Assembly (NCBI GenBank): GCA_965247115.1
Contig: CBDFGR010000002.1
Span: forward strand, 160,001 to 224,000
DNA from: Myxococcota bacterium
GTDB lineage: Bacteria; Myxococcota_A; UBA9160; SZUA-336
Reading direction: 5' to 3'
Length of the DNA stretch: 64,000 nucleotides
The position numbers and the translations under genes were made by a program. The notes beneath the pieces were generated by a model, which saw only the letters and a list, made by a program, of their open reading frames with translations, did not search any database and had not been told where the DNA came from. Numbering within the stretch: position 1 is the first letter of the stretch; every line of letters begins with the position of its first letter. Of this stretch, positions 1-11,193 are shown one piece after another.

Positions 1-6
1 CGTCGA

Positions 7-360
7 TCACTCTTGCTCCTTCACCGCGCGCTCCCCCTCGACCTCGCGCAAGATCGCCTCCACCCGTTCGGCCTGCTCGAGCGACTCGTCCAGTCGGAAC
101 TCGAGCTCCGGCACACGTCGTAGCTTGAGCTTCTCGCCGAGGCAACGCCGGATGAAGGGTCCGGCCTTCTCGAAAGCCTGCAACGCTTCCTGCGGGTCTC
201 CCCGCGTCCAGAAGAAGACCCGGGCCAGGGAAAAGTCGGGAGTCGGCTCGACGCCGGAGAGAGTCACCGCTGCCAGGCGCGGGTCCGAGACGCGCTTGCG
301 GAGGATCTCCGTCACCCGAGCACGCAGGTCGTGGGCGACTCGTCCGCGCCGGTGATTCAC
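7..360 (-). CDS. rbfA: Ribosome-binding factor A
   Basis: VSDPRL..VTLSGVE.TPDFSLARVF and LKLRRVPELEFRLDES motifs; downstream of infB; GTG start overlaps the upstream stop (GTGA). Confidence 0.93.
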   Translation of the reverse strand: MNHRRGRVAHDLRARVTEILRKRVSDPRLAAVTLSGVEPTPDFSLARVFFWTRGDPQEALQAFEKAGPFIRRCLGEKLKLRRVPELEFRLDESLEQAERVEAILREVEGERAVKEQE

Positions 361-704
361 TCCGCGCCCCATTCCGCCGGAGTCGGGTCCTCCGGCAGCT
401 CGATCTCCTCGAGCTCGTCCAGCCGCACGACGGCAACGTCATCCGCCACCACCTCCGCGAGGCCCAAGCTCTCCACGTACCGAATCGCCTTCTCCATCTG
501 ACTGCGCAGGTGCTGCGGATCTACACCCACCATGACGCACCCGACACAGACCGAGTGGAGGTCGTCGTGGTCCGCGACCTCGGCGGTCGAGATGTTGAAG
601 CGCTGGCGCAGCCGGCTCTTGATTGCGTTCGACACCCTGCGCTTGGCTTTGATCGTACCGGCTTCAGGGAGCGCCAGCTCGATTAAGGCAGCCGCGATCC
701 GCAT
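357..704 (-). CDS. DUF503/YlxP family protein
   Basis: LELxLP..TIKAKRR....IKSRLRQRFNISTAEV..HD pattern; usual position between infB and rbfA. Confidence 0.85.
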   Translation of the reverse strand: MRIAAALIELALPEAGTIKAKRRVSNAIKSRLRQRFNISTAEVADHDDLHSVCVGCVMVGVDPQHLRSQMEKAIRYVESLGLAEVVADDVAVVRLDELEEIELPEDPTPAEWGAE

Positions 705-737
705 GAGGACCTCCGGAGCACTGGCACGAAGCACGCC

Positions 738-3260
738 CTACAGCGTGTCGGCAATCTCCTCGATCTCGAAGCTTTCGATCACGTCGCCGACCTTGACGTC
801 GTTGAAGTTCTCGAGCCTGAGGCCGCACTCCAGCGGCGCCCTGACCTCGCGCACATCGTCCTTGAAGTGCTTGAGGGAGCCGAGTGGCCCGGAGTAGACC
901 GGCACTGCGTCGCGCAGCACGCGTGCGGAGATGCCACGGCGGATCATGCCATCAGTCACCGCGCAGCCAGCGATCGTACCGATGCGCGGGACCACGAAGA
1001 GCTGGCGGACTTCCGCGCGACCGGCCACGCGCTCCAGCTCCTTCGGCGGGAGCAAGCCCTGCATGAGCTTGGTCGCGTCGTCCAGCACCTCGTAGACGAT
1101 GTCGAAGATGCGAAGCTCCGTTCTTTCCGTCTCCGCGAGCTTGCGCGCCGCCGGCTCCGCCCGCACATGGAAGCCGATGATCACAGCACGCGACGCGGAA
1201 GCTAGCATCACGTCGCTCTCGGTGATCCCCCCGATGCCGCTGTGGAGAATCCGCAGCTTGACTCGATCCGTCGACAGGTTCTCCATTGCCTCGCAGATGG
1301 CTTCCATCGTGCCCCGCACGTCGGCCTTGACGACCACGAGGAGCTCCTTCAGGTCCGAGTCCTCGAGCTGGGCGAAGACGTCTTCTGGCACGAGCGAGAC
1401 GGCTTCGCCGGCAGACATGCCAGCGCGTCTCTCCTCGTCGCGACGATGCTCCGTGATCCGCTTGGCCTCGCGCTCGTTCTTCACGACTGCGAGCTCGTCT
1501 CCCGCCTCTGGTACGGCAGAGAGCCCAATGAGCCGGACTGGTGTCGCCGGAAGCGCCTCCTTCACGGTCTGGCGCTGATCGTCCTCCATGCTGCGAATAC
1601 GACCGGATACGTTGCCGACCGCAATGGCGTCGCCGTGGCGCAGCGTGCCTTCCTGCACCAGGATCGTCGCGATGGGGCCGCGTGCCCGATCGAGCTGCGC
1701 CTCGATCACGATCGCGCGGGCCCGGCCCTTGCGCGACGCCTTGAGCTCCAGAAGCTCCGCCTGCAAGGCGACCATCTCGAGCAGCTTGTCGATGCCCTCG
1801 CCCTTGAGAGCAGAAACCTCGATACAGATCGTGTCGCCACCGAACTCTTCCGCGACGAGCTCGTGCTCGAGGAGGGCCTGCTTGACACGCTGGCTGTCGG
1901 CACCCGGCAGGTCGATCTTGTTGACCGCGACGATGATCGGCACGCCGGCTGCCTTCGCGTGATTGATCGCCTCGACCGTCTGCGGCATCACGCCGTCGTC
2001 GGCGGCAACCACGAGGATGACCACGTCGGTCACCTCCGCGCCGCGGGCGCGCATCTGGGTGAAGGCGGCGTGGCCGGGAGTGTCGATGAAGGTGATCTGA
2101 TGTCCGCCAGCCTGCACCTGGTAGGCACCGATGTGCTGGGTGATCCCGCCGGCCTCCGCGTCCACAACGTTCGTCCGCCGGATCGTGTCGAGTAGCGAGG
2201 TCTTGCCGTGGTCGACGTGCCCCATGACCGTGACAACGGGTGGGCGCGGCTCCAACGAGCCCTCCTGGGGAGCAGGCGTGCTCGCCGCGGCCACGGCCTT
2301 CTCGATCTGGGTCTCTACGTGCTGGACCTCGTAGCCCAGCTCCTCTGCCAGCAGGGACGCGGTTTCCAGATCAATGAGGTCGTCACGCTCGATCTCCGGG
2401 AGGAGTGCAGCGGCCTTGCGCAGTACCTCGCGCACCTTGAGGCCCGTCTGACTCGAGAACTCCTGGAAGCTGATCGAGTTGGCGATTCGCAACACCCTGG
2501 TCTTCGGCGGAGCCGTCGGCAATGCCAGCTTGGGTCGCGTCTTGGTCCGGGAGCGTCGCCCCGACTGAAGGCGCGACTGCTGGTCAACGATCATGCGACG
2601 CCGCTCCAGATGCGCCTGCACGTTGCCGCGCGCCTGCCTCGCGATGCTGTCCTGCTCCTTGAGGGTCTGCCCCTCGAGGACCTGGCGCCGCTGCAGCCCA
2701 TGACCCGTTTCCGGTCGAGACGGCGCCCTTCTCCCGTCGGTCGGGACCGGTGCTTCCGTGGGAACGCTCGGGGTCGGAACCGGCCCCGGCAGCAGCTCGG
2801 ACTCGGAGCTCTGGGCCTCTGCCGCGATGGGCTCTGGCTCGGCTTGAGCTACTGCCGCAGCAAGCGGATCCTCCACCACCACGACCGGTCGGTCCACGTG
2901 CTGGGGGATGACGGTCCCGGGTGAACCCTCCGCGGGCGCTAGCGGATCTGCCACAGGGAGCGCGGGATCGGGAGCCGCTCCCCCGGCCTCTCCGGCGGCA
3001 GGCTCGAGAGCTGCCGCGACCTCCGGCGCTGCCGCCGGCTTCTTGCGGCGACGGCGAATGACTCCCGTCCCGACGCGCTTCGATTCGGTCGGCACCTCGG
3101 GTTTGCTGCCGAACTTCTCGCGCAGTATGTCGACCTGCTCCTCGTCGAGAGAGACCATCGCCGTTCGAAGCTCGATCCCGAGCTCCCCGGCCTTCTCCAG
3201 GAACTCCTCCCGCTCGAGGCCGAACTCCTCAGCAAGCTTGTAGGCTCTGATCTTCGCCAT
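738..3260 (-). CDS. infB: Translation initiation factor IF-2
   Basis: [44 protein letters not shown] motifs. Confidence 0.99.
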   Translation of the reverse strand: MAKIRAYKLAEEFGLEREEFLEKAGELGIELRTAMVSLDEEQVDILREKFGSKPEVPTESKRVGTGVIRRRRKKPAAAPEVAAALEPAAGEAGGAAPDPALPVADPLAPAEGSPGTVIPQHVDRPVVVVEDPLAAAVAQAEPEPIAAEAQSSESELLPGPVPTPSVPTEAPVPTDGRRAPSRPETGHGLQRRQVLEGQTLKEQDSIARQARGNVQAHLERRRMIVDQQSRLQSGRRSRTKTRPKLALPTAPPKTRVLRIANSISFQEFSSQTGLKVREVLRKAAALLPEIERDDLIDLETASLLAEELGYEVQHVETQIEKAVAAASTPAPQEGSLEPRPPVVTVMGHVDHGKTSLLDTIRRTNVVDAEAGGITQHIGAYQVQAGGHQITFIDTPGHAAFTQMRARGAEVTDVVILVVAADDGVMPQTVEAINHAKAAGVPIIVAVNKIDLPGADSQRVKQALLEHELVAEEFGGDTICIEVSALKGEGIDKLLEMVALQAELLELKASRKGRARAIVIEAQLDRARGPIATILVQEGTLRHGDAIAVGNVSGRIRSMEDDQRQTVKEALPATPVRLIGLSAVPEAGDELAVVKNEREAKRITEHRRDEERRAGMSAGEAVSLVPEDVFAQLEDSDLKELLVVVKADVRGTMEAICEAMENLSTDRVKLRILHSGIGGITESDVMLASASRAVIIGFHVRAEPAARKLAETERTELRIFDIVYEVLDDATKLMQGLLPPKELERVAGRAEVRQLFVVPRIGTIAGCAVTDGMIRRGISARVLRDAVPVYSGPLGSLKHFKDDVREVRAPLECGLRLENFNDVKVGDVIESFEIEEIADTL

Positions 3261-3290
3261 GCTCGCGCCTCGCGGTGGCAGCCAGATCGG

Positions 3291-4679
3291 CTAGCCGCCC
3301 GGAGGTCCGTCCTCCGTAGTCGCTGCGGTGGGCGCAGGCGTGGGTGCAGGCGTCGAGCGGGGGGTCGTCCCCGCGACGCCCTCCTCCTGGGCTCGCGCGG
3401 CCTCTTCCTCTGCTGCCGCAGCCGCCGCCGCGGCGGCCTCGAGCTTCTCGACGTTGAGCTTCTGCGCCTCCTCCTTTACCGCTCCGGCGCCCTCTTCCGA
3501 GATCCCCGGAATGGAGGTCAGGAGGTCGACCTCTGCCGCGGCCAGCTCCTCGAGGCTCGCGATGCCGTTGTCCATCAGCACCTTCGCCTCGTACTCTCCG
3601 GCCCCTTCCACGACTCCCAGTGCGCGCGCAAGGTCCTGCTCGACCTCACGCATGTAGGACTCGCTCTTGATGTCGATCTTCCAGCGCGTCAGCTGGACGG
3701 CCAGGCGAACATTGCCGCCCTTCTTGCCGATCGCGAGGGAGAGCTGGTCGTCCGGAACCACCACGTCCATCGCGCGGTTCTCGTCGTCGACCATCACCCG
3801 GACGACCTGTGCGGGCGAAAGCGCCGAGACGACATACTTCACAGAATCGGTGCTGTACGGGACGATGTCGATCTTCTCTCCACGCAGCTCCTGCACGACG
3901 GCCTGTACCCGGCTCCCGCGCATGCCCACGCAGGCCCCCACCGGGTCGACGTCCTTGTCCTTCGACACCACCGCAATCTTCGCGCGCGCTCCGGGCTCGC
4001 GCGCCGCCGTCTCGATGCTGACGATCTTCTCGTAGATCTCGGGCACTTCCTGCTCGAAGAGCTTGCTCAGAAACTCGGTGCAGGAGCGCGAGAGCACGAT
4101 CTGCGGACCCTTCGACTCGCGTAGCACGTCGAGGACATAGGCCCGGATCCTCTCGTTGATCCGGAACATTTCGCGCGGCACCTGCTCCTTGCGCGGTACG
4201 ATCGCCTCGGCGCGACCGAGATCGACGATCAGGTTTCCCTTCTCGATACGCCGCACGATGCCGTGTGCGATCTCGCCTTTTCGGTCCTTGTACTCGTCGT
4301 ACACCATCTCGCGTTCGGCGCCGCGCACCTCCTGGATGATCACCTGTTTGGCAGTCTGCGCTGCGATCCGTCCGAACTCCGCGGTGTCGAGCTTGACGCC
4401 GATCTGGTCGTCGAGCTCCACCTCGGGGTCGTGTACGCGCGCGTCCTCGACGGAGATCTCCCCATCCTGCTGGGGTGTACTTGCGACGACGGTCTTGAAC
4501 TCGAAGAGCTCGATCTCACCAGACTCGATGTTGAACTGCGCCTCAATCTCGCGCTCGGCGCCGTACTTGCGACGCGCCGCGGTGACCAGAGCCTTCTCGA
4601 GCGTGTCGATCACCACCTCACGGCTGATTCCCTTGTCCTTTACGACCTGATCGATGATGCGGCTAAGATCGAGCTCCAT
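3291..4679 (-). CDS. nusA: Transcription termination/antitermination factor NusA
   Basis: FGRIAAQTAKQVI, DPVGACVGMRGSRV, SLAIGKKGGNVRLA; one C-terminal acidic HhH repeat. Confidence 0.99.
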   Translation of the reverse strand: MELDLSRIIDQVVKDKGISREVVIDTLEKALVTAARRKYGAEREIEAQFNIESGEIELFEFKTVVASTPQQDGEISVEDARVHDPEVELDDQIGVKLDTAEFGRIAAQTAKQVIIQEVRGAEREMVYDEYKDRKGEIAHGIVRRIEKGNLIVDLGRAEAIVPRKEQVPREMFRINERIRAYVLDVLRESKGPQIVLSRSCTEFLSKLFEQEVPEIYEKIVSIETAAREPGARAKIAVVSKDKDVDPVGACVGMRGSRVQAVVQELRGEKIDIVPYSTDSVKYVVSALSPAQVVRVMVDDENRAMDVVVPDDQLSLAIGKKGGNVRLAVQLTRWKIDIKSESYMREVEQDLARALGVVEGAGEYEAKVLMDNGIASLEELAAAEVDLLTSIPGISEEGAGAVKEEAQKLNVEKLEAAAAAAAAAEEEAARAQEEGVAGTTPRSTPAPTPAPTAATTEDGPPGG

Positions 4680-4681
4680 GC

Positions 4682-5173
4682 TTATCCTTTCGCCCGCGCT
4701 TTCGAGTCCTGTGGATAGAACGCCGTCGCTCGCTTGACCTGGTCGAAGGGAATCGAGAAGTCGCCGGCCTCGGTGCGCAGGCTTGCCTCGCCACGCTCGA
4801 ACGCCCTGAGCTCGCCTCGAAACCGCCTGCGCCCCGCCACGGGGGCCCGTGTCTCGAGCCTGAGCTCGCGCCCCACGACGCGCTCGAAGTCCACCTCACG
4901 GCCCAACGTCCGGTCGACCCCGGGGGAGCTCACCTCGAGCGTGTAGGAGCTCGCCATCAGACCCTCCGCATCGAGTCCGTGGCCGACCTCGCGCGACACA
5001 GCGGCACACTCGTCCACGGTCACCCGCCCGTCCCCGGACGGCGTGTCGAGCACGATCAGCAGTCGCGCACTCCCGCGACCCTGCTTGAGGCTCGCGTCCA
5101 CGAGCTCGAGGCCGTTCGCGGTCACGACCGGCTCGACGACCCGCAGGAGATCTGGCGGGATATCTCGGTACAT
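4682..5173 (-). CDS. rimP: Ribosome maturation factor RimP
   Basis: VTVDECAAVSR and YTLEVSSPGVDR motifs; ATG start at 5173 (MYRDIP). Confidence 0.95.
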   Translation of the reverse strand: MYRDIPPDLLRVVEPVVTANGLELVDASLKQGRGSARLLIVLDTPSGDGRVTVDECAAVSREVGHGLDAEGLMASSYTLEVSSPGVDRTLGREVDFERVVGRELRLETRAPVAGRRRFRGELRAFERGEASLRTEAGDFSIPFDQVKRATAFYPQDSKARAKG

Positions 5174-5228
5174 CGATGGATGGCTTCGCTCCTCTCTTTT
5201 TCCCACTTCGGGAACAGCCGGAAAGCAC

Positions 5229-5257
5229 AAAAAAAAAGCGGACGGGCTGCCCACTTT
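5229..5257 (-). terminator. rimP-leader hairpin/attenuator
   Basis: Minus strand AAAGTGGGC-AGCCC-GTCCGCTTT followed by a T run, in the 5' leader of rimP-nusA. Confidence 0.75.
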
Positions 5258-5360
5258 CCACGAGTTCCCAGGTCGACTCGACGAGGCCAGAGGTATCAAA
5301 ATCCGCCCCGACTAGCAACTCTAGGTGCTTGATTCTAAGGGCGAATTGTCGCGCGGCCGG

Positions 5361-6284
5361 TCAGGCCGGGAAGCTCTCGAGAGCCCCCACCAGCTCACTG
5401 GCGCGCGAGATGCCGTGCTGGCGACAATAGGCGTCGAGGCCGTCGCGGACGTCGAGAGCGGCGCGCGGATTCGTGTAGGTGAGCGTTCCGACCTGAACCG
5501 CCGAGGCGCCGCAGAGCAGGAAGGCGACGGCATCCTCGCCGCTGGAGATTCCACCGATGCCGCAGATCGGGATCTGCACCGCCTGAGCCACCTGATACAC
5601 CATCCGGAGTGCGATGGGCAGGATCGCGGGCCCCGACAGCCCTCCCAGCGTATTCCGAAGGGTCGGCCGACGGGTGTGCACGTCGACCGCCATGGCCTGG
5701 ACGGCATTGATCAGCGAGACCCCATCCGCGCCCTCGTCCTGGCAGACTCGGGCCATCTCCGCGATCGAGGTGACGTTCGGCGAGAGCTTCACCAGCAGGG
5801 GCAGGCGGCTCGCGCCGCGGCAGGCCCGCACCAGCGCGCCAAGCGTTGCGGGGTCTTGCCCGAACTCGATCCCGCCGGACTTCACGTGCGGGCAGCTTGC
5901 ATTGATCTCCAACGCGCGCACTCCGGGCGCGTCGTCGAGTCGCTTGCACACTTCTGCGTAGCGCTCGATCTCCGTCTCGAAGCAACTCGCAATCACGACC
6001 AGCTCTGGGGGAAGTGCGGGAAGCCTGTCACGCAGGAAGGCGTCGACGCCAATGTTCTCGAGGCTGATCGCGTTCAGCATGCCGGCCGGGGTCTCGGTGA
6101 TCCTCGGCGGCTCGTTCCCCTCCCGGGGTTCGAGGGTCAGCGATTTCGCCACGATGCCGCCGAGCTCGGTCAGGTCGAGGAAGGGCTCGAGCTCGGCGCC
6201 GTAGCCGCAGGTTCCGCTCGCCAGGAGAACGGGATTGGCGAGCTCCACACCCGCCAGGGTCGTGCGCAGATCCGCTTCGCTCAC
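5361..6284 (-). CDS. pyrD: Dihydroorotate dehydrogenase family 1B catalytic subunit
   Basis: ASGTCGYG, GNEPPRITET..GMLNAISLEN, EINASCPHV, KLSPNVT, GGLSGPAI. Confidence 0.95.
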   Translation of the reverse strand: MSEADLRTTLAGVELANPVLLASGTCGYGAELEPFLDLTELGGIVAKSLTLEPREGNEPPRITETPAGMLNAISLENIGVDAFLRDRLPALPPELVVIASCFETEIERYAEVCKRLDDAPGVRALEINASCPHVKSGGIEFGQDPATLGALVRACRGASRLPLLVKLSPNVTSIAEMARVCQDEGADGVSLINAVQAMAVDVHTRRPTLRNTLGGLSGPAILPIALRMVYQVAQAVQIPICGIGGISSGEDAVAFLLCGASAVQVGTLTYTNPRAALDVRDGLDAYCRQHGISRASELVGALESFPA

Positions 6285-7018
6285 GCGGCGCTACTCCAGT
6301 CCAGCTGCGCGGCCTCGAAGACCGGGCCGTGGCTGCAGATGTAGCGAAAGCCTTGTCTGGTCCTGACGGCGCAGCCGAGACAGACGCCGAAGCCACAGGC
6401 CATGTGGCTCTCCAGCGAGACCTGGCAGCGGGCGCCCGTCGCGACGGCGAGATCGTGGACGCCGCGCAGCATCGGGAGGGGGCCGCAGGCCAGGACCTCG
6501 TGCTCGGCCCGGATCTCCAGCAGCTCGGTCACGAGCCCGGCGCTACCCATGGATCCGTCCTCGGTCGCCAGCCGCAGCTCCACGGGCAGGGCTCGGAAAT
6601 CGTCCAGGCCGAGGAGCTCGGCCTCCGTCGCGGCGCCGAGGGCGACGACGCTTCCCGCGGGGACCGAGCAGGCGAGCTCGTAGAGCGAGGCAATGCCCGT
6701 CCCCCCGCCCACCAGAACGGGAGCTCCGGTCGGCGTCTCGAAGCCGTTCCCGAGCGGCCCCAATACACCGATCGGTGCCCCTGCACGGAGCTCGGCAAAC
6801 AACGCCGTGCCACGTCCCACGATCTTGAAGCGAAACTCGAGGTTTTCGCCGGAACAGCGGTAAATTGCCATCGGACGCGGTAGCAACGGATCCCGCTGCA
6901 GGCCTTCGGGATCGAGCTGCAGCATGGCGAACTGGCCGGGTCGCTGGCCTGGCCAGCCCCGCACCCGCAGGGCGAGCTCGTGCGGGCCCGCGTGCAGCAC
7001 CCGTCCGATGGCCCGCAT
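6281..7018 (-). CDS. pyrK: Dihydroorotate dehydrogenase electron transfer subunit
   Basis: PGQF, GPLGNGF, GGGTGIA, ACGP, MACGFGVCLGC..C 2Fe-2S motif; adjacent to pyrD. Confidence 0.92.
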   Translation of the reverse strand: MRAIGRVLHAGPHELALRVRGWPGQRPGQFAMLQLDPEGLQRDPLLPRPMAIYRCSGENLEFRFKIVGRGTALFAELRAGAPIGVLGPLGNGFETPTGAPVLVGGGTGIASLYELACSVPAGSVVALGAATEAELLGLDDFRALPVELRLATEDGSMGSAGLVTELLEIRAEHEVLACGPLPMLRGVHDLAVATGARCQVSLESHMACGFGVCLGCAVRTRQGFRYICSHGPVFEAAQLDWSSAA

Positions 7019-7447
7019 CACAGCGCAGCGCCCATGAGCAAAGCATCCTCCCCATCCGCGTAAAAGCCCGGACGCTGGCCCTGGATCGCGAAACCGAGGC
7101 GTTCGTACAGAGCCAGGGCACTCGCGTTGGACGAACGGACCTCGAGTGTTGCCGTCCTCACGCCCTCCTCGCGTGCCCGAGCGAGGTAGTCGCCGAGCAA
7201 GTGAGTGCCGAGCCCACGCCCCTGCCACTCAGGCTCTACGGCAACCAGCAGAACCTGGCTCTCCCCCAGTACGCGTCGCCCCAGGACGAAGCCCCGCACG
7301 CGCCCTCCGACCTCGCGGGCCGTCACCGCATGGCAGCCATCCTGCTCGAGCGCCTCGCGGAGCCCGACTTCGGACCACGGCTCCGCGAGAGTTCGGGCCG
7401 CGACACGCGCCAGGTCCTGCGCGTCCGCTGAACCCGCCAGCGAGAGC

Positions 7448-7458
<11 letters not shown>
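7018..7458 (-). CDS. rimI: RimI-like GNAT acetyltransferase
   Basis: PWS, AVEPEWQGRGLG, LEVRSSN..ALALYERLGF, RPGFY..GEDALLM. Confidence 0.85.
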
Positions 7459-8815
<1,357 letters not shown>

Positions 8816-8820
8816 CGCGC

Positions 8821-11052
8821 TCAGCTCCGAACGAGCGGCAGCTCGACGATCACCCGCAGACCACGGGGCTGGTTCGAGCGCACGCGGATCGTTCCGGAAT
8901 GGTCGGAGACGATGCGGCTGACGATGGCGAGCCCGAGGCCTGAGCCCCGACTCTTCGTGGAGTAGTAGGGCTCGAAGAGCTGGGCGCGATCCTCGGCCGG
9001 GACGCCGCAGCCCGTGTCCGCAACCTCGAGCTGGACCGTCCCGAGCGCGCCGTCCATGCGTGTTGACACCGCAATGGCGCGCTCTGCGCCTTCGGCCTCG
9101 TCGATGGCCGCCATCGCGTTGTCGACCAGGTTCAGGATCACGCGCTTGATCTGCTCGCGGTCGAGATCGAACGGCGGGAGCGCCTCGGCCAGATCGGTCT
9201 TGAAGAGGATCGAGCGTCGGCCCTGGTACATCGACACGGTCTCCACGACGAGCTGGTTGAGATCGGTCGGCGCGGGATCGGTCGCGGGCAAGCGCGCGAA
9301 ATTCGAGAACTCGGCGAGCAGATTCTTCATCGCGCCCACCTCGCTGGTGATCGCGTCGGTGCACTGGGCGAGCAGCTTCTCGGACTCGGAGTCTGCGAGG
9401 CTACCGGCCAGCTTGCGGCGCAAGCGCTGCGCGGAGAGCTGGATGGGCGTCAGCGGGTTCTTGATCTCGTGCGCGATGCGTCGCGCGATCTCGCGCCACG
9501 CGGCCATTCGCTGCACCTTGAGGATCTCGGACACGTCGTCGATCACGACGACGTAGCCGGCGGCCGCGCCCTCGAGGTCGAGCCGCGACACGGTCCAGTT
9601 CAAGGTCCGCAGCTCTTCGCCCACCACGATCGAGAGCTGCTTGCGCACGGTCTCGTAGGCGCCCGCGCCGAGCCGCCGCTGCAGGCTGCTCAGCGTGTCG
9701 AGGGCCTCTCCTTCGATCAGCTCCCCGATCTTGTGTCCCACCGAGTCGTTGCGGGTGATGCCGAGCAGCCGGCTCACCGAAGGGTTGATGGTCAGGATCA
9801 CACCATCCGAATCGAGCGAGAGTACTCCGGCAGCGACGCTGCGAAGGATGATCTCCATCTGGGCACGGCGGCGCTCGAGGTCTTCGCGGCTGAAGGAGAG
9901 ATCCGTGGCCATCCGGTTGAAAGAGCCCATGAGTTGCGCGAGCTCGTCCCCTCCGCTGGGGTCGAGGTGGACGTCGAGGTTCCCGGCCGCGACCTCGGCG
10001 GTCGCCCTGGCCAGGCGTTGAATCGGATCGGTCACCTGCTTGGCGAGTCGAAACCCGAGCCACGTCGAGAACAGGAGCGAGAGTAGAGTGATCATCGCGA
10101 GCAACACGAGCATGCTCGCCTGGAAGGTCCCCTCACTGGGTTGCAAGCGCCGGTACGCGTCGGTGGCCGCCTGGATCGCGGCCACGTGGGTGCCGATCGC
10201 GCGCGGAACAAAGCGATTGACCACGACCACGCCCACGATGTCCGCGCGATTGAAGGTGGAGTGTACCGGCACGACCGCGCGGATCAGCTCGCCCTGCCCC
10301 GCCTTCTGGATCAGCGTGCGCGAAACGCCTTCCAGGCCTGCCGCTATGAAGCTCGAGTCCGGCGCCTCGAACGCGACGACCGCCACCTCTGGGTGAATCG
10401 CCGTCGCGAGCTCCTCGTGCTGAGCGCTGAACACCTCGACGACGCCCAGGTCGTAGTCTGCCGGTTTGGCCTCGGCGAAGGCTCGCAGCTCCTCCAGCGA
10501 GTCCTCGCGTAGGAGCCGTCGCTGCTCGATCTCCGCTGCAATGCGGCGCGCGAAGTAGAGCGCGCGATCCTCGGCATCCGAGTAGTACGCGTCGGCCACC
10601 TCCAGGGATTGATCGAGTCCGTCGGATAGCTCGAGCTCGAACCAGACGTTTATGGCGCGCGAGACCACGAACGCGGAGAGAGCAAACATGGCGATCGACG
10701 ACAGCGCGGCCGCAAAGCCGACCGACACCACGAACTTGGTGTTGAGCTTGGAGCCGATGATGCCGCGGCGACGCTCGATGACCAGCTTGGCGACGTTCCG
10801 ACCCAGGAGGAAGACAAGAACGCCGATCCCGATCACGTTCAGGTGAACGAGGGCCAGGAAGACCAGGTCGCTGCCGATCGGCAACGAGCGAGACGATGTC
10901 AGCAGGCTCTGCTCTGCAGCGACGATGACCGCCAGGCCGACCCCGACCAGCCCCGCCAGACGCCAGTCTCGGCGCCTGCGGCGCCGTTCCGCCGGCGGCA
11001 GGGTAGCCCGACCGCGCGGGGCCGGCTCCGGAGGCGTCACAGTTGCTGCCAC
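8821..11052 (-). CDS. ntrY: Sensor histidine kinase, NtrY-like (TM-HAMP-PAS-HisKA-HATPase)
   Basis: AWREIARRIAHEIKNPLTPIQLSAQRL H-box; GSKLNTK..; N-terminal TM helices. Confidence 0.9.
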   Translation of the reverse strand: MAATVTPPEPAPRGRATLPPAERRRRRRDWRLAGLVGVGLAVIVAAEQSLLTSSRSLPIGSDLVFLALVHLNVIGIGVLVFLLGRNVAKLVIERRRGIIGSKLNTKFVVSVGFAAALSSIAMFALSAFVVSRAINVWFELELSDGLDQSLEVADAYYSDAEDRALYFARRIAAEIEQRRLLREDSLEELRAFAEAKPADYDLGVVEVFSAQHEELATAIHPEVAVVAFEAPDSSFIAAGLEGVSRTLIQKAGQGELIRAVVPVHSTFNRADIVGVVVVNRFVPRAIGTHVAAIQAATDAYRRLQPSEGTFQASMLVLLAMITLLSLLFSTWLGFRLAKQVTDPIQRLARATAEVAAGNLDVHLDPSGGDELAQLMGSFNRMATDLSFSREDLERRRAQMEIILRSVAAGVLSLDSDGVILTINPSVSRLLGITRNDSVGHKIGELIEGEALDTLSSLQRRLGAGAYETVRKQLSIVVGEELRTLNWTVSRLDLEGAAAGYVVVIDDVSEILKVQRMAAWREIARRIAHEIKNPLTPIQLSAQRLRRKLAGSLADSESEKLLAQCTDAITSEVGAMKNLLAEFSNFARLPATDPAPTDLNQLVVETVSMYQGRRSILFKTDLAEALPPFDLDREQIKRVILNLVDNAMAAIDEAEGAERAIAVSTRMDGALGTVQLEVADTGCGVPAEDRAQLFEPYYSTKSRGSGLGLAIVSRIVSDHSGTIRVRSNQPRGLRVIVELPLVRS

Positions 11053-11156
11053 TCGAGCAGAACGCTACCCCAGCCGGAGGCTTTGTTCCAACCCCATTTG
11101 TGCGCGCCTTCAGTACATAAGCCGCCGGAAAGTCTTCGCTTTGGCCTTCTTTTGGT

Positions 11157-11184
11157 TCAAGCGACGTGGCTTTTTTACCGATGA
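11157..11184 (+). promoter_or_regulatory. Sigma28/FliA-like promoter of giant TPR gene
   Basis: TCAA-N16-ACCGATGA, 9 nt before GTG 11194. Confidence 0.55.
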
Positions 11185-11193
11185 GCCCTAGTC

